DNA of 64,000 nt from NCBI GenBank assembly GCA_963676395.1, contig OY781066.1, forward strand, positions 1,696,001 to 1,760,000. The letters run 5' to 3'. Below, piece after piece: positions 1 through 8,789 of this stretch (positions are counted from its first letter, which is position 1; each line of letters starts with the position of its first letter). The notes beneath the pieces were generated by a model. The model saw only the letters and a program-made list of their open reading frames with translations, ran no database searches and was not told where the DNA came from. Source of the DNA: a bacterium. Its GTDB lineage: Bacteria > Fidelibacterota > Fidelibacteria > Fidelibacterales > Fidelibacteraceae. Made by a program: the position numbers and the translations under genes.

Positions 1-45
1 ATTATGCGGGTAAGACAACTGAAAAATGATATATTTACAATGTTA

Positions 46-65
46 GGAACGGATTGAACCGTTCC
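46..65. repeat. Short palindrome (REP-like hairpin) upstream of metF
   Basis: GGAACGG-attgaa-CCGTTCC perfect 7-bp stem, no U-tract. Confidence 0.5.
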
Positions 66-93
66 CTATGCGATAAACGATATAGGAAGCAAT

Positions 94-1047
94 ATGAAAG
101 TCACAGAAATCATAAGCAAAGCAAACAAACCTCTTTTTACCTTTGAGCTCTTACCGCCGCTTAAAGGTCACACGATGGACGCTATTAATGCAGCCATCGA
201 GGCGATGTTGCCTTATGATCCGGCTTACATTAATATTACTTCGCATCAGGAAGAGGTGGTGTACCTGGAACGTGAAGATGGTCTGTTGGAACGTCGTACG
301 GTTCGTAAACGACCGGGCACAGTGCCAATGTCTGCTGCAACTCAATACAAGTATAATATTCCCGTGATCCCGCATCTTATTTGCGGTGGCAAGAATCGCG
401 ATCAGATCGAAGATCAGCTTATCGACCTGAATTTTTTGGGTATTGATAATATTTTTGCTTTACGTGGAGATCCCGCTAAAGGCGAACGTCGTTTTGTTGC
501 CAGCAAAGATGGGTACGAACATACCGATGGACTGGTGGCTCAGATCGCAGCCGCCAATCGAGGTGAATATCTGGATCCCACTATGAAAGATCCCCAACCG
601 GCGGATTTTTGTATTGGTGTGGCCGGTTATCCGGAAAAACATTTCGAGGCACCCAATTTAGAGCATGATATCCAGATGCTTAAGAAAAAAGTTGACGCCG
701 GTGCCCATTACATTGTAACGCAAATGTTTTTCGTCAATGATCATTTTTTCTCATTTGTCGATAAATGCCGTGAAGCCGGCATTACCGTTCCCATTATTCC
801 CGGTATTAAGCCCATTCGTAGACGTAAAGATATGGAATTCCTACCTCAGGTTTTTCATATTGATCTGCCGGGTGATCTGGTTAAAGATGTTGATAATGCC
901 AAGAATATCGCCGAGATCAAAGATATTGGCATTGAATTTTGTAAAGATCAGGTTCGTGGATTATTAAAAGGCGGTGTTCCCGGTGTACATTTCTACAGCG
1001 AAGGCAGAGCAGAGCAGATCACCAAAGTGATCGAGGCTACGTTTTAA
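94..1047 (+). CDS. metF: 5,10-methylenetetrahydrofolate reductase
   Basis: FELLPP, HLICGG, ALRGDP, VAGYPEKH, KKVDAGA..IVTQMFF and IIPGI motifs of MTHFR. Confidence 0.95.
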   Translation: MKVTEIISKANKPLFTFELLPPLKGHTMDAINAAIEAMLPYDPAYINITSHQEEVVYLEREDGLLERRTVRKRPGTVPMSAATQYKYNIPVIPHLICGGKNRDQIEDQLIDLNFLGIDNIFALRGDPAKGERRFVASKDGYEHTDGLVAQIAAANRGEYLDPTMKDPQPADFCIGVAGYPEKHFEAPNLEHDIQMLKKKVDAGAHYIVTQMFFVNDHFFSFVDKCREAGITVPIIPGIKPIRRRKDMEFLPQVFHIDLPGDLVKDVDNAKNIAEIKDIGIEFCKDQVRGLLKGGVPGVHFYSEGRAEQITKVIEATF

Positions 1048-1061
1048 TGAAATCAATGTAA

Positions 1062-1087
1062 GGGCACAAAACCTTGTGCCTTTTTTT
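1062..1087 (+). terminator. Rho-independent terminator after metF
   Basis: GGCACAA-aacc-TTGTGCC followed by T7. Confidence 0.8.
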
Positions 1088-1254
1088 ATATGCGTTCGAT
1101 ATTACAATTTCCGGTGGTATTATTTATTGGTTTATAATAATTAGGTTACCAGATTGCATGCAGGTTTGTGTATTTTTATCAATCTTTACCATCAAATTAT
1201 CATATTCCATCTTATCTCTTTTATTTTATCCCCTTATTAATTAAATTTCTGCCA

Positions 1255-2073
1255 ATGGCTAAAAAAAGCGACAGGATCAGGCTGCTGATCAACGAAACAA
1301 AAGGTCCCGGTATCAAACGGAAGAAACGGGAAAAGCCATTTCGTTCTTTTGTGATTTTTGTGATCATTTTTGGAATTTTCTGTGCTTTGGCCGCTGTGCT
1401 GATGAATTTTGTTGTTTTACCTAAATTTACCCGCCAGGGGCAGGAAAGAATTTTACTGAATGTTGAAGGCTTGACTTGGGAAGAAGCCCGACATCTTCTT
1501 GAACTGGAAAAATTCACTCCGGTTCGCGGTAAATCCATTCCCAAGGATGATATGGAGCCATTCCGTGTGATCGCTCAACAGCCACGTCCCGGTACACGCG
1601 TAAAGCTTAACCGTCGCGTTTATCTTGATATTGCCATTCCGCTTGAAAATGTCGTATTCCCGGATTTGCGAGGTAAAACTCTACGATCTGTAGAAATTTT
1701 ATTGCAGGAAAATAACTTAGCCATTGATTCCGTTTCTTATGGTTTTTCGGATATGCCGCGTGAAGTGATCTATTGGCAATCTATTGATCCGGGAAAATCT
1801 GTGCGACCCGGGTCGGGTGTGCATGTGAAGATCTCGCTTGGTTTGAACAACTGGGAGGTTCCAAATTTGATCAATATGAGTTTGGTTGATGCCCATAAGG
1901 CCATTAATGATGCCGGATTACGCATCGGAACGGTATCTTACCGCGATAGAAATGATCTCCTACCCAACACGGTGATCTATCAATCTGTTCCCGGTACCAC
2001 GGTTTTGAGTATCCCTCAGCCAATTGATCTGGTTGTATCCCGATATAATTCAGAACTTGAATCTAACGAATAA
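1255..2073 (+). CDS. Membrane-anchored protein with three PASTA domains
   Basis: One TM helix then three repeats of the VPxLxG...A...L...VI.Q.P.PG type; start reset to ATG 1255 (MAKKS). Confidence 0.85.
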   Translation: MAKKSDRIRLLINETKGPGIKRKKREKPFRSFVIFVIIFGIFCALAAVLMNFVVLPKFTRQGQERILLNVEGLTWEEARHLLELEKFTPVRGKSIPKDDMEPFRVIAQQPRPGTRVKLNRRVYLDIAIPLENVVFPDLRGKTLRSVEILLQENNLAIDSVSYGFSDMPREVIYWQSIDPGKSVRPGSGVHVKISLGLNNWEVPNLINMSLVDAHKAINDAGLRIGTVSYRDRNDLLPNTVIYQSVPGTTVLSIPQPIDLVVSRYNSELESNE

Positions 2074-2669
2074 TGCTTAGTCAACTTGAACTTCGAAGAC
2101 AGATTATTCATGCCGCTACGGCTATTATTCCACTATTGTATTGGTTTTTTCCCGATATTGGTCCCTTAAGCGGTCGGCAGATCGTGTTGATATTATTTGC
2201 GATCTTTGGTGGACTATTTATTTTTGCCGATTATTATCGCAGACGAAATGAAACCGTTAAAAAAGCTTTTCTTTTCCTGGTTTCGCCCTTTATTCGTAAG
2301 GTTGAAGAAGAAAAAATGACGAATGCTTCACATATTGGGATTACATTTTTTCTTGTACTGCTTATTTTTCCCAAGAATATTTCCGTACCGGCATGTATGC
2401 TGCTCAGCGTAGCGGATTCAGCTTCCGGGATCGTGGGACGATTGTGGGGAAAACACACTTGGTTTAAGAATTATACCTATGCAGGAAGCTTGGCGTTTAT
2501 TATTGCCGGTCTTCTACTCTATTATTTTGCCTTTCCATACATCATATTCTGGAAAGCTGCTTTGGTTGTTGCAATGTGCGCGCTTTTTGAAGGTCTGCTC
2601 TCGCATCTAGACGATAATGTCGTGATTCCAATCGCAGCCGCCATGATGCTGATGATGTTGGAAGTTTGA
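2073..2669 (+). CDS. Dolichol/phytol/diacylglycerol kinase-like membrane protein (SEC59/CTP_transf_1 family)
   Basis: ELRRQIIH, ADSASGIVG, GSLAF and DDNVVIP motifs; multiple TM helices. Confidence 0.8.
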   Translation: MLSQLELRRQIIHAATAIIPLLYWFFPDIGPLSGRQIVLILFAIFGGLFIFADYYRRRNETVKKAFLFLVSPFIRKVEEEKMTNASHIGITFFLVLLIFPKNISVPACMLLSVADSASGIVGRLWGKHTWFKNYTYAGSLAFIIAGLLLYYFAFPYIIFWKAALVVAMCALFEGLLSHLDDNVVIPIAAAMMLMMLEV

Positions 2670-2740
2670 AGATTGTGAAGAGGAAATAGTAAGATATTAC
2701 GTAGATGAAACATTAATTTTATGATCGACGGGAGTCGAAA

Positions 2741-2904
2741 ATAAAAATACATTACGATTGAGTGTCCGGGACAAAAGTATTAAGCTTACAAAAGACATTT
2801 ACACCATTATCAAAAAAAATCCCGATTACGAAAAATATGACTCATGCCCGCAAGTGCAACGTACTCCAGTTTTTGAGCTGGAAACAGACTTGGAATCAAA
2901 ATAA
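2741..2904 (+). pseudogene. Degenerate four helix bundle (IVP-like) gene remnant
   Basis: Manual translation of 2758-2904 gives LSVRDKSIKLTKDIYTIIKKNPDYEKYDSCPQVQRTPVFELETDLESK*, matching the family pattern L.VW.KS..L...IY.I...FP..EKY.L..Q..R...ELETQL with the central NIAEG segment missing; IKIHYD lies upstream in a shifted frame; no in-frame ATG. Confidence 0.65.
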
Positions 2905-2924
2905 AAATATTAGATTACTCGTCA

Positions 2925-3968
2925 CTATTTAATCAATCTTTTTATATACCTACTCATTACCTCGGCCATCCGCATTGCGCCTACATCGGTCAAATGGATG
3001 CCATCAACGGTGCCTTCTACAGCGACATGTCTGATCTTATCAAAAGGGATCATGTGTAGATTTTTGTGATCTTTTTTGAGTCGTTTATAAATGTCCACGA
3101 GTTCATCGTTTTCTGCAACGCAGGCATTATAAACTTCAGGGTCAAACCAACCGTCTTCCGACATGATATTGGGTGTTACCAATACGGGTGTGTTGGGATG
3201 TGCTTCAAGCAGTTTTTTTAATTCACGTTCGGTACGTTCTTTGATCATTTCCAGATCCATGTTGGGGAAACAATCGAAAATATAACAGTCAACATCTACA
3301 CTTGCGATGTAATCAATAATCTCCGGATCCATGCGGCCGTTGCCGGAAAAACCAAGATTAATATTTTCACGACCAAGTTTGCGACCAATGATGGCAGGAT
3401 ATGCCATGCCGGGACGAGATACGCAACCGCCTTGGGTAATGCTGGTACCATAAAAAAGGATAGGCTTTTCTTTGCGCTCAACTTTGGTAAGCGTGGCTTC
3501 GGGGTCAAGTCCGATCTCAAGTGAAACCAAGCCATCATAAAGCGGACAATATAACATAAATTCTTTTTCATCACTATTGAGGTTCTTGATCAAGCGACGT
3601 TGATTTTCTTTTTTATACGGCTTGCCGGTTCCCAAAAAGAACCATTTACCGTTTTCTTTTACATATAAATCCAGTCCGCGAATACCTGTGCCGGGCATAT
3701 GGCACATATGAAAATCGTTCAAAACCTCCCATTTTACGTGGATTTCACTGGAATTACTTCTAAAGTGTGCAGCGATCCCCGCTGAATTTTGGGCTAGTTC
3801 CCATACGGGTTTACGCACCAGATCTTTAGCTCCTTCGGGAAGACGCGTGTATGTTTTTGCATCATCAAAGGCCATACCTTCAAGAAATGCTTTTGCATCA
3901 TGAAAAACAGGGTCAATAGCGAATAGTGTAACAACACACACACATAATAGAACAACGATCTTGCGCAT
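2925..3968 (-). CDS. Secreted SGNH/GDSL hydrolase (GxDLY N-domain + Lipase_GDSL_3)
   Basis: Signal peptide, GLDLY, YGTSITQG, NLGFSGNG, DGIH motifs. Confidence 0.9.
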   Translation of the reverse strand: MRKIVVLLCVCVVTLFAIDPVFHDAKAFLEGMAFDDAKTYTRLPEGAKDLVRKPVWELAQNSAGIAAHFRSNSSEIHVKWEVLNDFHMCHMPGTGIRGLDLYVKENGKWFFLGTGKPYKKENQRRLIKNLNSDEKEFMLYCPLYDGLVSLEIGLDPEATLTKVERKEKPILFYGTSITQGGCVSRPGMAYPAIIGRKLGRENINLGFSGNGRMDPEIIDYIASVDVDCYIFDCFPNMDLEMIKERTERELKKLLEAHPNTPVLVTPNIMSEDGWFDPEVYNACVAENDELVDIYKRLKKDHKNLHMIPFDKIRHVAVEGTVDGIHLTDVGAMRMAEVMSRYIKRLIK

Positions 3969-4321
3969 AATATCCTCAATGGTTATATATTTTAAATTGA
4001 TTCCATAAATCCGGTGTAATTTAATGGAAAATATGAAATAAGTAAAGCTGATTTATAAGGGCATCATACAAAGCTGTAAAGTTGTACATTGCTTATAAAA
4101 TGAAACTTAATTGGATGTAATCGTTCTGCTTATTATTTTTACAAAATTACATATGCACACAATAAACACTAAGAAGCGGGGAACACAGTTTTATTAAAAA
4201 AATATAAGATTTTGTGTGCTTTATCTGTTTAATGTTTTGATGTGGTACATAGTGGCTTTTTGTGAGGTATTGAACTCAATTTTCAATTGTTAATGATTCT
4301 AAAAACCCCTAAATTTATAAG

Positions 4322-5821
4322 ATGAATAAGTCTAGACAATACATCCTCGTACTTTTTCTGTTATTGCTTTCCGTGCCTCTGTTTGCGCAAGTTGTTCCCT
4401 TTAGTCTGACACTGGGATCGGAAACTAAAAACGTGTTTGCTTCGGATCTTTACGGAGCCCGCTGGGTATCGTTGAACAGTTTTTTTCGTTCATTTGGTGT
4501 GGTTGAAAAAATGGATACCGAAAATTGGGAGCTAAGAACGACTTTATCAGGCAAGACGTACAAGTTTTATGCCAATTCATCCTTTTATCAGGTGAATGGT
4601 AAGTGGTTTCATCTGGCAACCACGGTGGAGCGCTTGGGTAATGGTTTGTACATTCCAGAGAAAGAATTTATTTTGGTACTACATCGGGAGGCCTTTCCCG
4701 AAATGGTTAAGGATATTGTATCCGGCGCTTATATTCTTGCGCCGACCGAATTTTCTATCACTGGGATGAATATTCTTGAAATGAAGAACGGAACCATCGT
4801 TCGTCTCAAAACCTCAAAATTCTTTAGAAAAGATCATTGCCGCGTATGGCAGGGAGCTAATCAGTATCTCTATATTTCTATTTACGATGCTACTGCCGAT
4901 ATGAATGGTTTGGCAAGAACATTTGATCATGGTGTTATACGTGAGATCGTGCCGGTGCAGGCGAAAGAAATGTTGCAATTCAATATGAAATTGCGCATGA
5001 GGATCAAAAGCATGGATTATTATATTGACCAGAATAACGGCGATATTGTAATCTCTTTGCGTCATGATTATCAAAAAAATCAAACCCCCATTAATGAAAC
5101 TCAGATCAAAAACCGCTGGTTGATCGATACCATTGTGATCGATCCCGGTCACGGTGGTCGAAAATCTCCCGGTGCCATCGGCCCGGATGGTACTTTGGAA
5201 AAAACCATTGCTTTGGATGTTTCTCGACGTCTTGGTTCAATGCTGGAGGATAAATTGGGTGTTAAGGTTATTTACACACGTGAAAACGATGTGTTTATTC
5301 CTCTTTATCAACGTCCAAAGATCGCCAATGAAGCGGGTGGAAAATTGTTTATATCCATTCACTGTAATTCTTCGACTTCATCTTCTCCCTACGGTACCGA
5401 AACCTATATTTTAGCACCAAAAAGCACAGAAAAATCCATTGAAATCGCGGCACGCGAAAACAAGGTGATCGAGCTTGAGGAAGATAGAGAACGATATGAA
5501 AAAATGCTGAGTTCTGAACAGTATATTCTTTCTACTATGGCTCAGTCTGTATATATGAAAGAAAGTGAGATGCTGGCGCAATCGATCGAAACAAAGTTTA
5601 AAGGACGTTTGGGTGCAAAAAGTCGTGGTGTTAAACAGGCTTCGTTTATTGTTTTGATAGGTCCGGCAATGCCTGCAGTGTTAACAGAGATCGGATTTAT
5701 TTCTAACTGGCGTGAATTGAGTAATCTTAAAAAAGATTCCTATCGCCAGGAAGTGGCATATTCCTTGTATCAAGCGATAAGAGATTTTAAGAATAATTTC
5801 GAGAAAGAAATAAAAGAGTAA
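4322..5821 (+). CDS. N-acetylmuramoyl-L-alanine amidase (Amidase_3)
   Basis: IDPGHGG, EK...L, FISIHCN, AVLTEIGFISN motifs; signal peptide. Confidence 0.93.
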   Translation: MNKSRQYILVLFLLLLSVPLFAQVVPFSLTLGSETKNVFASDLYGARWVSLNSFFRSFGVVEKMDTENWELRTTLSGKTYKFYANSSFYQVNGKWFHLATTVERLGNGLYIPEKEFILVLHREAFPEMVKDIVSGAYILAPTEFSITGMNILEMKNGTIVRLKTSKFFRKDHCRVWQGANQYLYISIYDATADMNGLARTFDHGVIREIVPVQAKEMLQFNMKLRMRIKSMDYYIDQNNGDIVISLRHDYQKNQTPINETQIKNRWLIDTIVIDPGHGGRKSPGAIGPDGTLEKTIALDVSRRLGSMLEDKLGVKVIYTRENDVFIPLYQRPKIANEAGGKLFISIHCNSSTSSSPYGTETYILAPKSTEKSIEIAARENKVIELEEDRERYEKMLSSEQYILSTMAQSVYMKESEMLAQSIETKFKGRLGAKSRGVKQASFIVLIGPAMPAVLTEIGFISNWRELSNLKKDSYRQEVAYSLYQAIRDFKNNFEKEIKE

Positions 5822-5823
5822 GC

Positions 5824-5851
5824 AAACAGCGTACAGCTGATAGTAGGCAGC
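5824..5851 (+). repeat. Degenerate heptamer array upstream of four helix bundle gene
   Basis: AAACAGC GTACAGC TGATAGT AGGCAGC; the NNNCAGC units are complementary to the downstream GCTGATA units. Confidence 0.6.
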
Positions 5852-5875
5852 AAATGCAAGTCATGGGGGTGACGG

Positions 5876-6235
5876 ATGCGTGATTTTAAGAAATATGATA
5901 TTTGGCATAAAAGTCATAATTTTGCAATGAAAGTATATTGTGAAACAAAGCTTTTTCCTAAAGATGAGACCTATGGATTAAGGAGCCAATTAAGAAGGGC
6001 GGCAACATCAATACCTACTAATATTGTAGAAGGTGCCGGTCGAGATGGCGACAAGCAGTTTGCACGATTTGTCGATATCGCTATGGCATCGGCATGTGAA
6101 TGCGAGTATTTACTTATATTGATACAAGAGTTAAACTATATTTCTGATAAAAATTATAGAGACCTTGAAAAGAAAGTCGTTGAAATCAAGAAAATGCTTG
6201 CAACTTTATATAAAAGATTGAAACTTGATAGCTGA
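5876..6235 (+). CDS. Four helix bundle protein (TIGR02436 / 23S rRNA IVP family)
   Basis: W.KSH...VY..T..FP..E.YGL.SQLRRAA.SIP.NI.EG..R and A..SA.E..Y signature. Confidence 0.95.
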   Translation: MRDFKKYDIWHKSHNFAMKVYCETKLFPKDETYGLRSQLRRAATSIPTNIVEGAGRDGDKQFARFVDIAMASACECEYLLILIQELNYISDKNYRDLEKKVVEIKKMLATLYKRLKLDS

Positions 6236-6326
6236 TAGCTGATAGCTGATAGCTGATAGCTGATAGCTGATAGCTGATAGCTGATAGCTGATAGCTGATA
6301 GCTGATAGCTGATAGCTGATAGCTGA
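6226..6326 (+). repeat. Perfect heptamer tandem repeat (TGATAGC)x14 + TGA
   Basis: Counted directly; supplies the stop codon of the four helix bundle gene. Confidence 0.98.
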
Positions 6327-6354
6327 CATAAACATAACCCGAAAGTATACTACA

Positions 6355-7179
6355 ATGTCCAAAGGTAAAATTGGCATCTTCGATAGCGGTTTAGGCGGCC
6401 TCACTGTCTATAAAGAGATCAGGAAATTGCTTCCCGATTACGATTATCTGTATCTTGGAGATTCTGCCAGAACGCCCTATGGTACTCGCTCTTTTGAAAC
6501 CATTTATCATTACACTCAGCAGGGTGTTGAAAAACTTTGGGATTTGGGTTGTCCACTCATTATTCTAGCTTGTAACACGGCGTCCGCGAAAGCATTGCGC
6601 AGTATTCAGCAGAAAGATCTCGTCGAAAAATATCCCGATCGTCGGGTTCTCGGTGTGATCCGTCCTTCGGTGGAGGTGGTGGGGGAGGCATCTAAAACGC
6701 GAAAAATAGGACTTTTTGGCACCACTGGAACCGTGAGATCGGAATCCTATAAAATGGAATTTGATAAACTATTTCCTGACCTTGAACTTTTCCAGGAAGC
6801 TTGTCCCATGTGGGTACCGCTGGTTGAGAATAATGAGATCGATACGCCGGCTGCAGATTATTTTGTGAAACGACATGTGGAGCATCTTTTAGGCAAGAAT
6901 GCTGATATCGATACGATCATTCTGGCTTGTACGCATTATCCCATGTTGGTTGACAAAATCAAACAATATTTGCCCGACGGAATTCGCGTGATGGATCAAG
7001 GTCCGCTGGTTGCCGATAAATTGGCAGATTATTTGCAACGCCATCCTGAGATAGAAAGCCGGTGTGCCAAGAACGGCAAAGAAGAGTTTTATACTACCGG
7101 TTCAACGGAATTGTTTAAGAAGAATGCTTCGATGTTTTTCGGTAAGAAGATTTTGGCGGGACACATAGAATTAAAATGA
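6355..7179 (+). CDS. murI: Glutamate racemase
   Basis: FDSGLGGLTV, PYG, ACNTAS and LACTHYP catalytic motifs. Confidence 0.96.
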   Translation: MSKGKIGIFDSGLGGLTVYKEIRKLLPDYDYLYLGDSARTPYGTRSFETIYHYTQQGVEKLWDLGCPLIILACNTASAKALRSIQQKDLVEKYPDRRVLGVIRPSVEVVGEASKTRKIGLFGTTGTVRSESYKMEFDKLFPDLELFQEACPMWVPLVENNEIDTPAADYFVKRHVEHLLGKNADIDTIILACTHYPMLVDKIKQYLPDGIRVMDQGPLVADKLADYLQRHPEIESRCAKNGKEEFYTTGSTELFKKNASMFFGKKILAGHIELK

Positions 7180-7227
7180 TATAGAGATGCGAGATTATGA
7201 GCATCTGCAGGGCCGAAGAAAGAATTC

Positions 7228-8496
7228 ATGCAAGATTACCTCTCCGATTTATACAAAAAACTCTCCGGCAAAATGAAGCTGGGGCGACAACGGGCCGAAA
7301 TGCTCATGCGGGAGCTGGGGCATCCGGAAAAAGCTTTTCCTTCGATACATATTGCCGGGACTAATGGCAAAGGCACTGTGACTACGGTTGCGGCTGCTAT
7401 TTTACAGCAATTGGGATATAAAACCGGCAAATTCACATCACCGCATTTAATGCGTTTTAATGAGCGGATCTCTGTTGCCGGCAAAGAGATCAACGATAAC
7501 TATATCAAATTGTTTTTAGCAAATCATGATGACTTGTTAGAGAAAAGCGAGGCCTCCTTCTTTGAGGTTACCACCGCTTTGGGCTTCCAATATTTTAAAG
7601 ATCAAGCCGTGGATATCGCGGTGGTGGAAACGGGTCTGGGCGGTCGCCTGGATGCGACCTCGGTATTGACTCCCGATGTTTCCGTGATCACGACCATTGG
7701 CTATGACCATACCGCCATTCTTGGTGAAACACTTCCCGAGATCGCAGCCGAAAAAGCCGGGATCATTAAAGAGGGGAAACCCGTGCTGACCTTGCCGCAA
7801 AGTGAAAAGGTGCTGAATGTTTTTCGGGAAAAGACCGATCTGCTGAGTATCGTAGATCCTAAAGATCTCTTTGCCGATGTAAAACAAACACCTCAAGGGA
7901 TGCGTTTTAATTATCTACCGGAAAGTAGAGAATTGCTGTTTCCGATATGCGGGGAGCATTTGCTGGGAAATATCGGACTGGCTATTGCGGCCGTTGAATG
8001 CTTTCTTGGAAAAAAACTCAAAGCGGATGATTTGCAAAAGGCATTTGATATACTTAGTTGGAAAGGTCGTTTTGAACACCTGTCTTTCGATCCGCCGGTG
8101 ATCTATGATGTAGCACATAATTTTCAGGGTGTGGCGGCTTTTTGTAAGACGGCTATGTTGGTGTATCCCGATAGGGGTTTTATTGCCGTAATGGGACTAT
8201 TAGACGATAAATCACCGGAGAAAGTGATGCAAGAATTGTCTGTTCTAAACGGCAAGATCATTCTTGCACCCGTCAACTCGCACCGCTCGATGAGTATGGA
8301 AAAACTACAGGCTTTGGCCGAAAATTATCCCGGAGTTAAAACGGCAGACTCCGTGACGCAAGCGTGCGAGCGAGCATACGACAAAATGAAAGAAAACGAT
8401 GTTCTGCTTATCCTTGGCTCGCATTATATAGCGGAAGAAGTCTACGGATTTACGAATAATCGAATGAGTGAACATTCGAATGAAATAATCGATTGA
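7228..8496 (+). CDS. folC: Folylpolyglutamate/dihydrofolate synthase
   Basis: HIAGTNGKG, FTSPHL..FNERI, ETGLGGRLDAT, EKAGIIK, DVAHN, GSHY motifs. Confidence 0.95.
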   Translation: MQDYLSDLYKKLSGKMKLGRQRAEMLMRELGHPEKAFPSIHIAGTNGKGTVTTVAAAILQQLGYKTGKFTSPHLMRFNERISVAGKEINDNYIKLFLANHDDLLEKSEASFFEVTTALGFQYFKDQAVDIAVVETGLGGRLDATSVLTPDVSVITTIGYDHTAILGETLPEIAAEKAGIIKEGKPVLTLPQSEKVLNVFREKTDLLSIVDPKDLFADVKQTPQGMRFNYLPESRELLFPICGEHLLGNIGLAIAAVECFLGKKLKADDLQKAFDILSWKGRFEHLSFDPPVIYDVAHNFQGVAAFCKTAMLVYPDRGFIAVMGLLDDKSPEKVMQELSVLNGKIILAPVNSHRSMSMEKLQALAENYPGVKTADSVTQACERAYDKMKENDVLLILGSHYIAEEVYGFTNNRMSEHSNEIID

Positions 8497-8573
8497 CGAA
8501 TGAGTGAATAAACAGACAGAACAATCGAGTGACGAATGAGTGAGCAATCGAATGCTTGATTAATCGATTGTTC
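8454..8573 (+). repeat. Degenerate 4/8-nt periodic repeat array overlapping the folC 3' end
   Basis: GAAT/GAGT/GAAC units; TGACGAATGAGTGA at 8494-8507 and 8530-8543; inverted pair GAACAATCGA (8519-8528) / TCGATTGTTC (8564-8573). Confidence 0.8.
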
Positions 8574-8642
8574 AAATAGTCTTGTCTTGCATCTCCAATA
8601 TAAACAAACAACTACGATTAAAATTGTAAAAGGTAGAAATAC

Positions 8643-8671
8643 TTGACAATGTAGCTATGTAGGTGTAGTTT
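8643..8671 (+). promoter_or_regulatory. Putative sigma70 promoter of the beta-propeller lipoprotein gene
   Basis: TTGACA-N17-TAGTTT. Confidence 0.5.
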
Positions 8672-8789
8672 TCGTTAAAGAATAATTAAAATGTGAACAG
8701 ATAATGAATCACTCGTCCTCTGTTCAAAAAAATAGTAGCTTGAAATGATAGCTCTATTCGTATAAATGATGTTAGTAATGGAAAAGTAA

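Noticed and set aside
1..29. Possible 3' end of an upstream gene (YAGKTTEK*), perhaps metH given metF next door
   Set aside because: Only eight codons are visible, so it cannot be identified.
5876..6235. Diversity-generating retroelement or rRNA intervening sequence
   Set aside because: The fold is Avd/IVP-like, but there is no reverse transcriptase and no rRNA here. The only long repeat pair (folC ends) differs mainly at synonymous positions, not specifically at adenines.
6226..6326. CRISPR array
   Set aside because: Contiguous 7-mers with no spacers, and no cas genes in the window.
6186..6404. Minus-strand ORF with SAISYQL repeats
   Set aside because: By-product of the heptamer array being stop-free on that strand; antisense to two real genes.
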